The notes beneath the pieces are model-generated. The model was given only the letters and a program-made list of their open reading frames with translations. It made no database searches and had not been told where the DNA came from. This document shows, one piece after another, positions 40,512 to 49,975 of a stretch of 64,000 nucleotides of DNA. The translations under genes were made by a program, and so were the position numbers. Source of the DNA: a virus (taxonomy: Duplodnaviria; Caudoviricetes); IMG/VR virus record IMGVR_UViG_3300025128_000026, positions 1,215 to 65,214 of that record; one strand, written 5' to 3'. Positions within the stretch are counted from its first letter, which is position 1; each line of letters starts with the position of its first letter.

Positions 40512-41018
40512 TTATTGATCTGCAAATGCAGGTACGTCAGCACCTTCTTGGTAACCCCAAATGTAATAGTTTGTACTATCTTTAGCTAAAATATTAATCT
40601 CAAATAAACCAAAGTCTGTAAGAGTTAGCTGTGAGTTAGAGTTTCCATCAGAATAAACTGATACGTTATCAGCGTTTGAATCTAAATGAACAATACCACC
40701 AATAAAGAAATTAGTATTTCCTGGTGTTACGATAATTAGATTTTCTGCTTCTTCTGCAGCGCCACCATAAATTAATTTAAAGTGTGCACCAGCAACCGGC
40801 GCTGGTAATGTGATTGTTCTATTAGCTGCAAGCGCAGGAACTACAAGAGTTCTTCCGCTATGTGTTGCGTTATCAAGAGTTTTATTCTCATCTCCTAATG
40901 CAACTGGTCCATCACCCATAGTGATGATTTCAGTAATTGCTCCTGTAGTGGCATTTTTACTGACAGTTTTTAATGTACTTTCAGATCGTACCGGACCTGA
41001 AAAAGTTGTAGTTGCCAT
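40512..41018 (-). CDS. Virion structural (head fibre or decoration-like) protein
   Basis: MATTTFSGPVRS start; TITLPAP; AGGAGG RBS. Confidence 0.7.
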   Translation of the reverse strand: MATTTFSGPVRSESTLKTVSKNATTGAITEIITMGDGPVALGDENKTLDNATHSGRTLVVPALAANRTITLPAPVAGAHFKLIYGGAAEEAENLIIVTPGNTNFFIGGIVHLDSNADNVSVYSDGNSNSQLTLTDFGLFEINILAKDSTNYYIWGYQEGADVPAFADQ

Positions 41019-41025
41019 AATTGTA

Positions 41026-41080
41026 TCCTCCTAGTTTCCGAATACTGTCTCTAGGCCGTCGACTATACTCGTCAGTATTC
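41026..41080 (-). promoter_or_regulatory. Candidate cis-regulatory RNA pseudoknot overlapping the RBS
   Basis: Stem GAATACTG/CAGTATTC; loop CCTAG is complementary to CTAGG of the SD (CTAGGAGG). Confidence 0.5.
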
Positions 41081-41177
41081 TAATAAATTGTATAGTGTGT
41101 TTTTTATACAACAGTTTTTAGTAGAGCGCAAGAGAGTGTGTAGTGCGGATGATGTTTTCCAACGATGTAGCTTTTTA

Positions 41178-41402
41178 TTAAGTAGCTACAGAAACTTGCG
41201 GAGCAGCACCTTCAATTCTATTCTGCTTGTGGGCAATAACTGCTTCTTCCAGTTTGATCTTTGTAATGACTTCTTTAACTTTGTCATCAATTCTGACCAT
41301 CTCAAGAGTGTATCTACCATTAGATAGATGCTCCTGTTCCCACTTCAACTCCAAGGACCTTTTTTGTTTGTATAGGTCTTGTATCATCGATAACCTCCTC
41401 AT
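41178..41402 (-). CDS. Small coiled-coil hypothetical protein
   Basis: MIQDLYKQKRSLELKWEQEH... with GAGGAGG RBS; true start is probably the internal ATG. Confidence 0.6.
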   Translation of the reverse strand: MRRLSMIQDLYKQKRSLELKWEQEHLSNGRYTLEMVRIDDKVKEVITKIKLEEAVIAHKQNRIEGAAPQVSVAT

Positions 41403-41577
41403 AGGTTATTCTGTTGACCTTGTTATCATAAGATATTCCAAGGTTTTCCCAATTTATACTTTTTTCTCCCAACTTGTCAAGGATTGATTTTTCAAGAGAA
41501 TCGGCATTATCTTCAGACAAAACCTCAAATTTTGCGTGATGATTATAAGCCCATATATTTATTAGGAATTTTTTCAT
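41320..41577 (-). CDS. Hypothetical protein
   Basis: ORF downstream of the MCP terminator. Confidence 0.55.
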   Translation of the reverse strand: MKKFLINIWAYNHHAKFEVLSEDNADSLEKSILDKLGEKSINWENLGISYDNKVNRITYEEVIDDTRPIQTKKVLGVEVGTGASI

Positions 41578-41598
41578 AATTCTACTTTCTTAGTACAA

Positions 41599-41623
41599 TG
41601 TGGCGGAACGATGTTCCGCCACA
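41599..41623 (-). terminator. Hairpin after the MCP gene
   Basis: TGTGGCGGAAC-GAT-GTTCCGCCACA perfect 11-bp stem. Confidence 0.7.
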
Positions 41624-41635
41624 AAATTATTTAGA

Positions 41636-42541
41636 TTACGCTCCTGGTGATCCAAAGATACCTCTAGGGTCTGAGAATCCAAAAGAATATCTCTCTCTAG
41701 CTTTGTATCTAACGTTACCAGTTTCGAAGTCACCTTCCATTGCAGTTTTAACCGGTGCTCTAACGAACATTTTTAATCCGTTAGGAACATCAGTTTTAAT
41801 GAAAAACGCATCAGTATCAGTTAAGTAGTGGTTCACAGTATAACCCTGTGGAATCATACCCATGTTACCAACTGCGTTGATGTCATTATCTGCAGTTCCA
41901 GTTCTGCCTGTAGACTTCATAAGTCTTTCAGCAGTAAATTGTAGAGCAGAAGGAATAATTAACTTAGTCCCTTGCGCCGCAATTTTTAGACCTCTTTCGT
42001 CAGTCATTGCTGCGATGTCGATAAGAGCTTGCTCTAACGAAGTTTCGTTTAAGTCAGCTGCTGTAGACAACTCATTTTTGAACGTTCCAGCGATGATTGG
42101 GTGGTCAGTAGCACAAAGCTCCTTACCATCACCACCTGTAAAGCTTGAATCAAACGCATTGTTTAATACGTTTGCAGCTTTAACTTGCTTAGCATTTGCC
42201 ATAGATCTAGCTAATGCTTTTGTATATCTAGACGCAAGTCTGTCATACAAGTTATCTTCAATCGCTTCTTCAGTGATTGAAAACGCTAAAGCAAGCGTTT
42301 CGTGAGTGTATCTAGCAGTGAAAGATTCCTGCGCTGTATCGTAGTTTACGCCTTGACCTTCAGGTTTAACCTGTGCGTTAGCGAAACCAGATAACATCAC
42401 TTCTTCTTCAAAAGCTCTGTCAGAATTTTCAATATCGAAAATTTCTGTGTGCTCATCTGCATAGTTTTTATATTCCAGGCCGAATAGTGCATTCAATCCT
42501 GGCTCTAGTTCTTTAACTAGTTGTGATCGTGATATTGCCAT
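41636..42541 (-). CDS. Major capsid protein (HK97 fold)
   Basis: MAISRSQLVKELEPGLNALFGLEY...KARERYSFGFSDPRGIFGS; highly expressed codon usage. Confidence 0.92.
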   Translation of the reverse strand: MAISRSQLVKELEPGLNALFGLEYKNYADEHTEIFDIENSDRAFEEEVMLSGFANAQVKPEGQGVNYDTAQESFTARYTHETLALAFSITEEAIEDNLYDRLASRYTKALARSMANAKQVKAANVLNNAFDSSFTGGDGKELCATDHPIIAGTFKNELSTAADLNETSLEQALIDIAAMTDERGLKIAAQGTKLIIPSALQFTAERLMKSTGRTGTADNDINAVGNMGMIPQGYTVNHYLTDTDAFFIKTDVPNGLKMFVRAPVKTAMEGDFETGNVRYKARERYSFGFSDPRGIFGSPGA

Positions 42542-42563
42542 AATTTATATACTCCTATTATAA

Positions 42564-43130
42564 TTATACGCCTGTTGTTAATTTAAATACATGTTCACCA
42601 GTATTGAATACAACATATGCATTCGCATTTGCTGAACTTGTATCACTATTGTCAGGATCTGTTGATATACCAATTTGTTTGAAACCACCAGATGTTCCAG
42701 AAGTCGACGTGTCAATTTCTGAAGATGATTGTCCAGTAGTAGTGCTTCCGCCTACTCCGACAAAATCAAATCCAGAATTGTTCATAGCCGCTGTTCCAGT
42801 GCCATCATGTTGTGCTTCATAAATGATATAAGGATCCGCATGCACTGAAGCCTTCAAATCAGAAGCATTTGTACTTGCTTTGTAGAAAGGCTTAAATGTT
42901 GGTTTGCTTGTGTCTGGGTCAGTATAGAATACACCAGCGAACACACCTAATTGTTGAGTGTCTCCAGCTGCTGCCGCTTCAATACCGCCACCCGCTACTG
43001 CTTCAACTACTTGACCAGTGTAAATTGCTGATCCGTAGTTTGCTGCTATAGCGTATTCTTCCGTTCTGATTAATCCACCTGTAAGATGTCTTGTAGGTTT
43101 GAAACCGAACGCTGCGTCTTTGTTAGCCAT
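42564..43130 (-). CDS. Capsid decoration/cement-like protein
   Basis: MANKDAAFGFKP start; directly upstream of MCP. Confidence 0.7.
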   Translation of the reverse strand: MANKDAAFGFKPTRHLTGGLIRTEEYAIAANYGSAIYTGQVVEAVAGGGIEAAAAGDTQQLGVFAGVFYTDPDTSKPTFKPFYKASTNASDLKASVHADPYIIYEAQHDGTGTAAMNNSGFDFVGVGGSTTTGQSSSEIDTSTSGTSGGFKQIGISTDPDNSDTSSANANAYVVFNTGEHVFKLTTGV

Positions 43131-43146
43131 ATTTTTATCTCCTTAT

Positions 43147-43173
43147 GTACCTGCCCCGAAGGGCCTCCAGTAC
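43147..43173 (-). promoter_or_regulatory. UUCG-capped bulged hairpin next to the RBS of the capsid operon
   Basis: GTAC-TGGAG-GCCC-TTCG-GGGC-AG-GTAC followed by ATAAGGAG. Confidence 0.5.
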
Positions 43174-43209
43174 CATTTAATTTATCCGTTGGTAAGAATA
43201 GTTAAAAAA

Positions 43210-43665
43210 TTAACTTTTCTTTGTACCACCGAAGGTTACACGAGTCTGTCGATCACTATTGATCGGCATACTTGGATGCTGTTCCTTCATTAAATCATTT
43301 TCGATCGCGTCGTTTCTATCTTGAGTTTGTTGTCTAAAATACTCTTCGCGCGACTTGACAATTTCTTCCGGTATCCTTGCCAGCAAAAGGCCGCCAACTC
43401 CGATCACCCCCTTGTATTTTCCGTCATTGATAGTTGGATAATCAACATCTGAATATTCATCAGCTCTCACTAATTCAAATCCAGATCTTAACTTGGCTGA
43501 CATATTTGATGAATCATCAAAACCCATCGATTCAGCTCTTATCCACCTATGTTTAAATCCATCCGGTGCAGGTGGTGCATCTAAAGATGATGGTGGAGTC
43601 CAAACTTTTTTCTTTTCTTCTACTTTTGTTTGGCTCGCACGGGAGTCTATTTTTTTATCTGTCAT
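43210..43665 (-). CDS. Conserved head-module protein
   Basis: WTPPSSLDAPPAPDG.KHRWIR, VGGLLLARIP. Confidence 0.75.
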   Translation of the reverse strand: MTDKKIDSRASQTKVEEKKKVWTPPSSLDAPPAPDGFKHRWIRAESMGFDDSSNMSAKLRSGFELVRADEYSDVDYPTINDGKYKGVIGVGGLLLARIPEEIVKSREEYFRQQTQDRNDAIENDLMKEQHPSMPINSDRQTRVTFGGTKKS

Positions 43666-43669
43666 ATGC

Positions 43670-44659
43670 TTATCTCTCCTTCGTGATATTCAATTGTTTC
43701 GCATAAAGTTCTAGTGGCACACCTAATTTTTTAGCTATTGTTACTTGAGACGGCGTGAGCCTCACTGTTTTATTACCGCGACTGTTATTTACTTTTCGCG
43801 TAGCAGAAGCTACAGTTTGAGTAGGTTTAGTCGATTCCCTAGTTTCAGTTTTAGCAAATTTATGCGGAAAGTCAAGCCTCATCCTTTTATCTACCTCTGC
43901 GTAATACTCATCAGATTTAGGATCAAAGCCTTCTTCCTCGGTTAGTTTTTTATGTAAATCAAATGCAGAATAGGTCATAGCCGAGTCTGTACCAAACCAT
44001 GGATTATTCTCAGCCCATTCCTCTGCTTTTGGATCAGGTTTATTTTTAGGAGGAGCTATTGCTTCTTCTAAAGTTCTAGCAGGCATTACTGGTTGATCTT
44101 TAGTTGCTTCAGCTTGTGCTTTCATTCCAGCAATTCTTGCCTCTTCAACACCTAATCTAGCTATTTCTTTTTGTGCTTCAACCTCACCAGCTATGTCGTT
44201 GTTTTCTCTAGCAGCAACTAATTTTGCTTTTGCAGCTTCTAAACCAGAAATTATTCTGCCAGACATTGCATCTACATAGTTTGGTTCTAATTGATTTACT
44301 TTTGTTTTAATTTTAGCGTTTTCGTTTTGCACACCTCTAGCAAATTCAAGAGCAGCTTCTCTTTGTCTTTCAGCTTCTCTCCATTTTTTAGTTAGTTTTG
44401 CAATTCTTTTTTTAACGCCCTCGCTATAATCTTCTAATTCTTCTTTTTTCTCTTCTTCTTTTTCTTCTGTTTTTGTTTCTTGTTTTTCTTCAACGACTTG
44501 AACATCCAACTGCTCATCAGATTTCTCAGATGTGTTATCGGACTTAGTATTGTTTTCAACATTTGTTTCCTCTTTCTCGTCTAAATTAATCTCAACTTCT
44601 GGACCAGACGTATCGATGTCGACCATGGGTTCAGTTTTTTTATTTTCTTCTTCAGGCAT
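43670..44659 (-). CDS. Capsid scaffolding protein
   Basis: Acidic coiled coil; W...NPWFG; C-terminal LTPSQV.IAKKLGV..YAK. Confidence 0.8.
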   Translation of the reverse strand: MPEEENKKTEPMVDIDTSGPEVEINLDEKEETNVENNTKSDNTSEKSDEQLDVQVVEEKQETKTEEKEEEKKEELEDYSEGVKKRIAKLTKKWREAERQREAALEFARGVQNENAKIKTKVNQLEPNYVDAMSGRIISGLEAAKAKLVAARENNDIAGEVEAQKEIARLGVEEARIAGMKAQAEATKDQPVMPARTLEEAIAPPKNKPDPKAEEWAENNPWFGTDSAMTYSAFDLHKKLTEEEGFDPKSDEYYAEVDKRMRLDFPHKFAKTETRESTKPTQTVASATRKVNNSRGNKTVRLTPSQVTIAKKLGVPLELYAKQLNITKER

Positions 44660-44678
44660 AGTTTGCTCCTTCTATGTT

Positions 44679-45122
44679 TTAATATTGATGAAATATATCT
44701 TCAGGGTTTTCGATGGTTGCTAATACTTCATCATCATTTAGCAATCTTACTTCCCCACCATCGATCTGTATTCTTGATCCAGCGTATCTTGCAAAAATAA
44801 TCCAATCACCTTTTTTACACCAAGGTCCTTCTGGATATCTTTCTTTATCATAACAGTGTGCACCCATTTTTAAGACCATGCCACAATTAGATCCAACTTG
44901 TTGTCGTTCTAATGTTTCTTGTCCTAAATAAAGTCCACCTTTAGTTTTCTCTTTCATTTTAAAAGGTAAAACTAAAAGTCTCCATCCAGTTGGTTCTGGT
45001 AATTTAGATGATTCTTTTTTTGATAAATCTACTTCTGGTTTTTTCTCAGCTTCTATTTTATCTAATAAAGCTGGTTTAAGTTTTGGGACCTCTTTTGAGG
45101 TCGATAACGGTTCCTTTTTCAT
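44679..45122 (-). CDS. groES: Co-chaperonin GroES-like protein
   Basis: PTGWRLLV...KTKGGL...KGDWIIFARYAG.....LLNDDEVLA. Confidence 0.88.
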   Translation of the reverse strand: MKKEPLSTSKEVPKLKPALLDKIEAEKKPEVDLSKKESSKLPEPTGWRLLVLPFKMKEKTKGGLYLGQETLERQQVGSNCGMVLKMGAHCYDKERYPEGPWCKKGDWIIFARYAGSRIQIDGGEVRLLNDDEVLATIENPEDIFHQY

Positions 45123-45315
45123 CTTTTTGCTCCTTATTATCTAGCAGGTTAGAGAGTTCCTGTAACAGTATTTGATACGTGTTAGCTTGTCCCAACATAT
45201 ACTTGTATTTTTCCATGTTGTCAACACCACCACTAATTAAAACATCGCCTACCTTTTGTAAATTTTCTCTCATTAGTTTTTGTAGTTTTGAAATTATTAC
45301 AAACCCATCTTCCAT
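45076..45315 (-). CDS. Hypothetical protein
   Basis: GGVDNMEKYKYMLG helical ORF upstream of groES. Confidence 0.7.
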   Translation of the reverse strand: MEDGFVIISKLQKLMRENLQKVGDVLISGGVDNMEKYKYMLGQANTYQILLQELSNLLDNKEQKDEKGTVIDLKRGPKT

Positions 45316-45530
45316 TATAGCACCGCCTTCTCTGGTTCAAATTCATCTAATACATCCAGTTTTTCTTTTGCAGCAGCTATTCTTTCAATTTGTTTGTTTA
45401 CCTCATCTATATGTTGAGGATGTTCACCGATACCCACTGAGTTATCTAAATAAATATTTGCAGTTGCGTCTGCTTCTGCAATCTCAGCTTCGTATCTAGC
45501 TCTAAGTGCTTCTAGTATCGCTCTTCGCAT
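45315..45530 (-). CDS. Hypothetical coiled-coil protein
   Basis: VGIGEHP motif. Confidence 0.7.
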   Translation of the reverse strand: MRRAILEALRARYEAEIAEADATANIYLDNSVGIGEHPQHIDEVNKQIERIAAAKEKLDVLDEFEPEKAVL

Positions 45531-45792
45531 TTCTTATAGACTCCTTTCCTTTCTTAGCAATTTGAACAACTTTATCTTTACCCATAACTTTGGCTCGTTG
45601 TTCCATTACTGTTAGTATCTGTATTTTTCTTGCAAACGGTTTTTTAACACGTTTGACTTTTGCAACAGTTGCTCTTGCATCTGCAGGTGTTGCAAATTTT
45701 ATCTTAACTGTATCTCTAGGATTCTCATCCGTATACAATCTTCTTCCTGAACCTTTTGGTTTCTTACCCGTTCCTTTTTTTGGATCCGCCAT
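45502..45792 (-). CDS. Small basic protein
   Basis: GKKPKGSGRRLYTDENP. Confidence 0.7.
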   Translation of the reverse strand: MADPKKGTGKKPKGSGRRLYTDENPRDTVKIKFATPADARATVAKVKRVKKPFARKIQILTVMEQRAKVMGKDKVVQIAKKGKESIRNAKSDTRST

Positions 45793-45895
45793 TAATAACT
45801 CCTTTTAATACTTTTGCCTGACCTGCGTGTGCTTTAGACGCTTTTTTTAAAGCTTTAACAACTTTTTTAATTTTTTTCTTTTTGTTGTTTAACAT
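45764..45895 (-). CDS. 43-aa Lys-rich peptide
   Basis: MLNNKKKKIKKVVKALKKASKAHAGQAKVLKG... Confidence 0.55.
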   Translation of the reverse strand: MLNNKKKKIKKVVKALKKASKAHAGQAKVLKGVINGGSKKRNG

Positions 45896-46182
45896 TTCCA
45901 TCTCCTTCTAGCCTGACGTATTCGTGAGTTCGGATCATTACGAGTTTTTGCTGATGCTCTTTTGAGTTGCCCTAGTGAACGTGCGCAGTAAGACTTTCTA
46001 CGTTTGGCAGCTTTTGATCCTGGCTTCACTTTTCCAGTCACGGCTGTTTTTAACTTAGAACCTGGGTTAAGTCTTCTATAAGCTTTGACTCCAGCTTCTG
46101 TCATTCCAGCCCCTTTTTTAGTGGGTCTAAAATTTTTTTTATTTCTTGCAGGCATTGTACCTTTTGAATAAAACTGTCTCAT
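45889..46182 (-). CDS. Small basic protein
   Basis: GAGMT.AG...RRKSYCARS...ARRRWKC. Confidence 0.75.
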   Translation of the reverse strand: MRQFYSKGTMPARNKKNFRPTKKGAGMTEAGVKAYRRLNPGSKLKTAVTGKVKPGSKAAKRRKSYCARSLGQLKRASAKTRNDPNSRIRQARRRWKC

Positions 46183-46538
46183 TAGATCATGCCTTTATAA
46201 TATTTTTCATAAGATGGATTACTTAATCTGACTCCACCATAATCTGTGTTGATTGCTGATCCCATATATCCACCCATGGCAGATTTTTTTCTTTTTGCAA
46301 ATGTTGCTGCTCTAGATGGTGTAGGGCCTGTATTCGCTTTTGCTTGTTTTCTTCTTACGGCACCCGCACGCTGCCCTTTGGTCATCGCTCTTGCTTTTGC
46401 AATGGGCACGCATTTTGGATATTTTTTTCTTTTTTCGCCACCACTTCGTCCACATTTCGGGTATGAACCATCTGGCCGCTTGTTTGCAATATCGACCCAG
46501 TTTTCCTTCACCCATGCTCGTAGACCTTTTTTGGCCAT
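46182..46538 (-). CDS. Small basic protein
   Basis: GLRAWVKENWVDI...CGRS...YPKCVP. Confidence 0.75.
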   Translation of the reverse strand: MAKKGLRAWVKENWVDIANKRPDGSYPKCGRSGGEKRKKYPKCVPIAKARAMTKGQRAGAVRRKQAKANTGPTPSRAATFAKRKKSAMGGYMGSAINTDYGGVRLSNPSYEKYYKGMI

Positions 46539-46789
46539 TAGACCATCCTTGTCAATTTCTTTTTATCAGACATGATAGCACCACAACCTCTTGCAACACT
46601 ACCAGAACCATAAAATTTTCTATCGCTCATCATGCCACCACCGGCAGCTTTCTTACGATTTTTCTTTTTGCCACCAGGTGTAACTTTACCTGAACATACA
46701 GCTGATGCGTACATGTTCGCGTATGCAGACGGGTAAACTTTAAATTTACGCTTCGCTGCTGCTTTACCTCTTGGACAAAGTTTAGCCAT
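46538..46789 (-). CDS. Small basic protein
   Basis: KRKFKVYPSAYANMYAS. Confidence 0.7.
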   Translation of the reverse strand: MAKLCPRGKAAAKRKFKVYPSAYANMYASAVCSGKVTPGGKKKNRKKAAGGGMMSDRKFYGSGSVARGCGAIMSDKKKLTRMV

Positions 46790-46983
46790 TAAACTTTACC
46801 ACCTTTTCTTTTCATAGCTCGTCCACCGCCTTTGTAAGCGATACCACCACCCATGAAAGGTGATCTTTTATCTTTTGCCATACCACCTTCTTTCAAGAAG
46901 CCCATGTTGTTTCTAACTTCTTTAGGTAGTTTTGGTAAACCTTTATTATCTGCTGGTATTGGTTTTAAATTTTTTCCAGGCAT
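46789..46983 (-). CDS. Small basic protein with GG motifs
   Basis: GLPKLP.EVRNNMGF.KEGG. Confidence 0.65.
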   Translation of the reverse strand: MPGKNLKPIPADNKGLPKLPKEVRNNMGFLKEGGMAKDKRSPFMGGGIAYKGGGRAMKRKGGKV

Positions 46984-47369
46984 TATTTTTTCCCTCCGTT
47001 TTTAAATATTTGTGTTCCCTTTATACCATATATGCTCGCGACCACAAGGATCCACAAATTTGTGAACCATGACGGGAGCTGCTGGAACTGCTCAAAGAAT
47101 TCTTTTATCTTTGCAGCCGCACCCGGATCATCCGAGAAGACCCCGTACGCAATCACTAATATCGGGAGCGTTAACACGACCAACACGAACTCGTCTTTCC
47201 AGTCCGACTGTCTTGCTTCCAATAATTTGCCCTGGTACTCGCTCTCCCCACGGGCCATCTTATCTGCGTGCATCAATTGTGCATCAGCCATTTTCATTTT
47301 AGTCTCTTGTTTCTTTTTATAGATGTGCGTTGCCGCGTTTAATCCTAATTTAAGTGCTGAAAACCACAT
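46983..47369 (-). CDS. Putative holin
   Basis: DWKDEF followed by two TM helices; VASIYGIKG and a basic C-terminus. Confidence 0.7.
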   Translation of the reverse strand: MWFSALKLGLNAATHIYKKKQETKMKMADAQLMHADKMARGESEYQGKLLEARQSDWKDEFVLVVLTLPILVIAYGVFSDDPGAAAKIKEFFEQFQQLPSWFTNLWILVVASIYGIKGTQIFKNGGKK

Positions 47370-47370
47370 A

Positions 47371-49872
47371 TTAATTTCCCTTTCTTATAATAGATATTGA
47401 ATCTGGAGTTTTGTCGTCTTTTAAAGCGCTTTGAAGCAAAGTTTTTTCTATAGAAGTCTCTGCACGAAGATTTGCAAGCTGTTCATTCTGTTCTAGCTTC
47501 TCATCTTGGTTTTGATCGTTCATCATTGCTCTCATTTTATCAAGATCCAATCTTTGTTGACCTTCACGCTCTTTTCTAGCGTTTTCTTGTGCTTGTAAAT
47601 CCAATTCTCTTGCTCTTAATGCAGCAATTGGATCATTTCCATAGTCACCGTTGATTTTTTTCTCTTCATTCATAAAATCTTCAGTCATTTCTGCAATTAA
47701 AATTGCTTTTCTTGACTCAATCTTCTGTTGTAGCATCTGAATATCGTTTTGAAGGTTAGGATTTTGCATCATCGCCTGTGGATTTTGCATCATTTGCAAC
47801 ATTTGTTGTAATTTTCCTAGTTCTTCTCTAAATTCTAGCTCAATTTGCTCTTGTGCCATCAAAGAAATGTGTTCTAAACAGTTTTTATGAAGTGCTGCAC
47901 CTATCATTGGTGCATTTTTTACCATTGTTGTGCCCATAAAGTTTAAATGAGCTGTCATATGTGCTCTATGATCCTGTCCTGGAAACGCTTGGAAAGGTTT
48001 TCCGGCTAATGCATCGATGTGTTCCAGTGCAGGATCTTTTGGTGTGGGTGGTTGAGGTTTTTTTAAGAGTAAATCTACATCTTTTACACCCAAAGCTTCA
48101 TACATATTTCTAAATACTTCGTATTGATTATGTAATTGTGGGTTAGCTGCTGCTAATTGCATTTGAGTTTGTGCTAAAGATATTCTTTGTGCTTGAGAAA
48201 ATATGTTTGGATCTGCAACAGGTAGAATATCTATTCTATCATCAAAGTCAGTTTGTTTAATTTGTCTTTGTCCACCGATAACATCGTAAGGATATACAGG
48301 TGGTAGATATAATTTACATACTCTAGCCATTAAAGTAAATTCTTGTTTCATTGAAGCATACAATCTTTTGTGAACTGCAGACATCACACGAGATCCTCTC
48401 TCTAACATAGCAACAGTTGTACCCACCGCTGCTTGTTGATTACCATCTCCTATTTGTAAATCTGCAATTGCTGCAAATCTTTGACCTGCTTGCACCACAC
48501 TTCCTAATAAATTAAATAATGTAGCTGATGGTTCTTTAAATGGTAAAGGCATAAATGCATCTCTGATACTTCCACCAGGTGCATCTACATCTTTGAACTC
48601 TCCAGGTTGAATGGGTTGTGCTTCATCTTTAACTCTAATACCACGCATCTTAAATCCTGCTGGCATGTTTGATAAAGTTCCTGCATCTAACAATGATCTT
48701 AGTGCCATTGTTGCAGTTCTAGATAATCCACCGATCATGTGAATCAAACCAAAACCATAAAAACCAAGACCTGGTAAAAATTTAAAGTGAACAAAATACT
48801 GTATTTTCTTTTTCATTTTATCACCAACTTCGTAGTTTCTTCTAATCGATAAAACTTCTTTTGATGATTCTTCTATTGTTACAATGTATGGTAATTTAAT
48901 TCCTGTGGGCTCAGATTCAGGACTCATGTCTTCAAAACCCATCAAGTCTAAATCAACATGACACTCTAACAATGTAAATATTTTTTGATCTTTACTTTTT
49001 GTTCGACCTTCTAACTCACGTTCTTTTCGATCTGTTTCACTTTCTTGATCTTGACCTGGAGTTAGTTCAATGTCTCTGTAAAAACCTGCAACTTGTTGTT
49101 TACGTAAATCGTTCTCTGACATTTTAACCACATGAATAATTGATTCCGCATCTTCTAATGAGGTAGCAGTATACGGAACAATTAAATCATCGGCAGGGAC
49201 AAACTTTGAAACTGTTCTTTGATGTATATCATCATAGTAAACTTTTTTAAAAGCTGAACCTGATAGTGGCAAATAAAATAACATCTGATCGAATTCAGCT
49301 TCATACTCTTTCATCTCAGACATTATTAAATAGTTTAAATAATCTTTAACACGTAGTGCTTGTTGTTCTTTGTCAGGTGTTGGTAACCCAACCATTTGAG
49401 TTCTAACAGGACCACCTGCTGGTAATAATTCTTTATAAGCTTGTGCTTGAAACTGAGTGACTGCTTCAGCTAACACTGGGTGAGTTGCACCTGATGCACC
49501 TTTGAATGGTTCTGAAGTTTGTTCGTATTTAAATCCTAAAAGATCTAAACCTTCTCTGTATGCTGACTCCCAATCTTTTCTTGAACTTTTGTAATCGCTA
49601 TAGTTTTCAAATAACTCATGGCCTAATGGACTTAGGATAGAGTCATCTAATAAATCTGCTAAGTTTGCAAAATGGCTTTCGTCTTCACCCGGGTTTACTA
49701 GACCTGGTTGAAAGTTTACGTCCACTGATCCGTCTGGATTTTCTTGAACGTCAACGGGATTGACAGGTTGCTTCTCTGCCTGCTCTTCTGCTATCTCTAC
49801 TTCAACTTCCTCTGGACTAGGTACTTTGATAGTTTGCTCTACGTTGGGTAGAGACTTGTCTATTTCTGCCAT
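47371..49872 (-). CDS. Portal protein
   Basis: 833 aa; HPVLAEAVTQFQAQAY, FKKVYYD, GFYGFGL, P22-like long C-terminal coil. Confidence 0.9.
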   Translation of the reverse strand: MAEIDKSLPNVEQTIKVPSPEEVEVEIAEEQAEKQPVNPVDVQENPDGSVDVNFQPGLVNPGEDESHFANLADLLDDSILSPLGHELFENYSDYKSSRKDWESAYREGLDLLGFKYEQTSEPFKGASGATHPVLAEAVTQFQAQAYKELLPAGGPVRTQMVGLPTPDKEQQALRVKDYLNYLIMSEMKEYEAEFDQMLFYLPLSGSAFKKVYYDDIHQRTVSKFVPADDLIVPYTATSLEDAESIIHVVKMSENDLRKQQVAGFYRDIELTPGQDQESETDRKERELEGRTKSKDQKIFTLLECHVDLDLMGFEDMSPESEPTGIKLPYIVTIEESSKEVLSIRRNYEVGDKMKKKIQYFVHFKFLPGLGFYGFGLIHMIGGLSRTATMALRSLLDAGTLSNMPAGFKMRGIRVKDEAQPIQPGEFKDVDAPGGSIRDAFMPLPFKEPSATLFNLLGSVVQAGQRFAAIADLQIGDGNQQAAVGTTVAMLERGSRVMSAVHKRLYASMKQEFTLMARVCKLYLPPVYPYDVIGGQRQIKQTDFDDRIDILPVADPNIFSQAQRISLAQTQMQLAAANPQLHNQYEVFRNMYEALGVKDVDLLLKKPQPPTPKDPALEHIDALAGKPFQAFPGQDHRAHMTAHLNFMGTTMVKNAPMIGAALHKNCLEHISLMAQEQIELEFREELGKLQQMLQMMQNPQAMMQNPNLQNDIQMLQQKIESRKAILIAEMTEDFMNEEKKINGDYGNDPIAALRARELDLQAQENARKEREGQQRLDLDKMRAMMNDQNQDEKLEQNEQLANLRAETSIEKTLLQSALKDDKTPDSISIIRKGN

Positions 49873-49975
49873 TTATTTTCTCCTGTTTTACTGTCTTAAC
49901 AGTATTGTATTTAATATTCAACCCTTGTGGTGTCGGTCCTCTTCTTGGTGGTGGACCTGATTTTTTACCTATCAT
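49817..49975 (-). CDS. Small Pro/basic peptide
   Basis: MIGKKSGPPPRRGPTPQGL...; ATG overlaps the upstream stop. Confidence 0.45.
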   Translation of the reverse strand: MIGKKSGPPPRRGPTPQGLNIKYNTVKTVKQEKINGRNRQVSTQRRANYQST

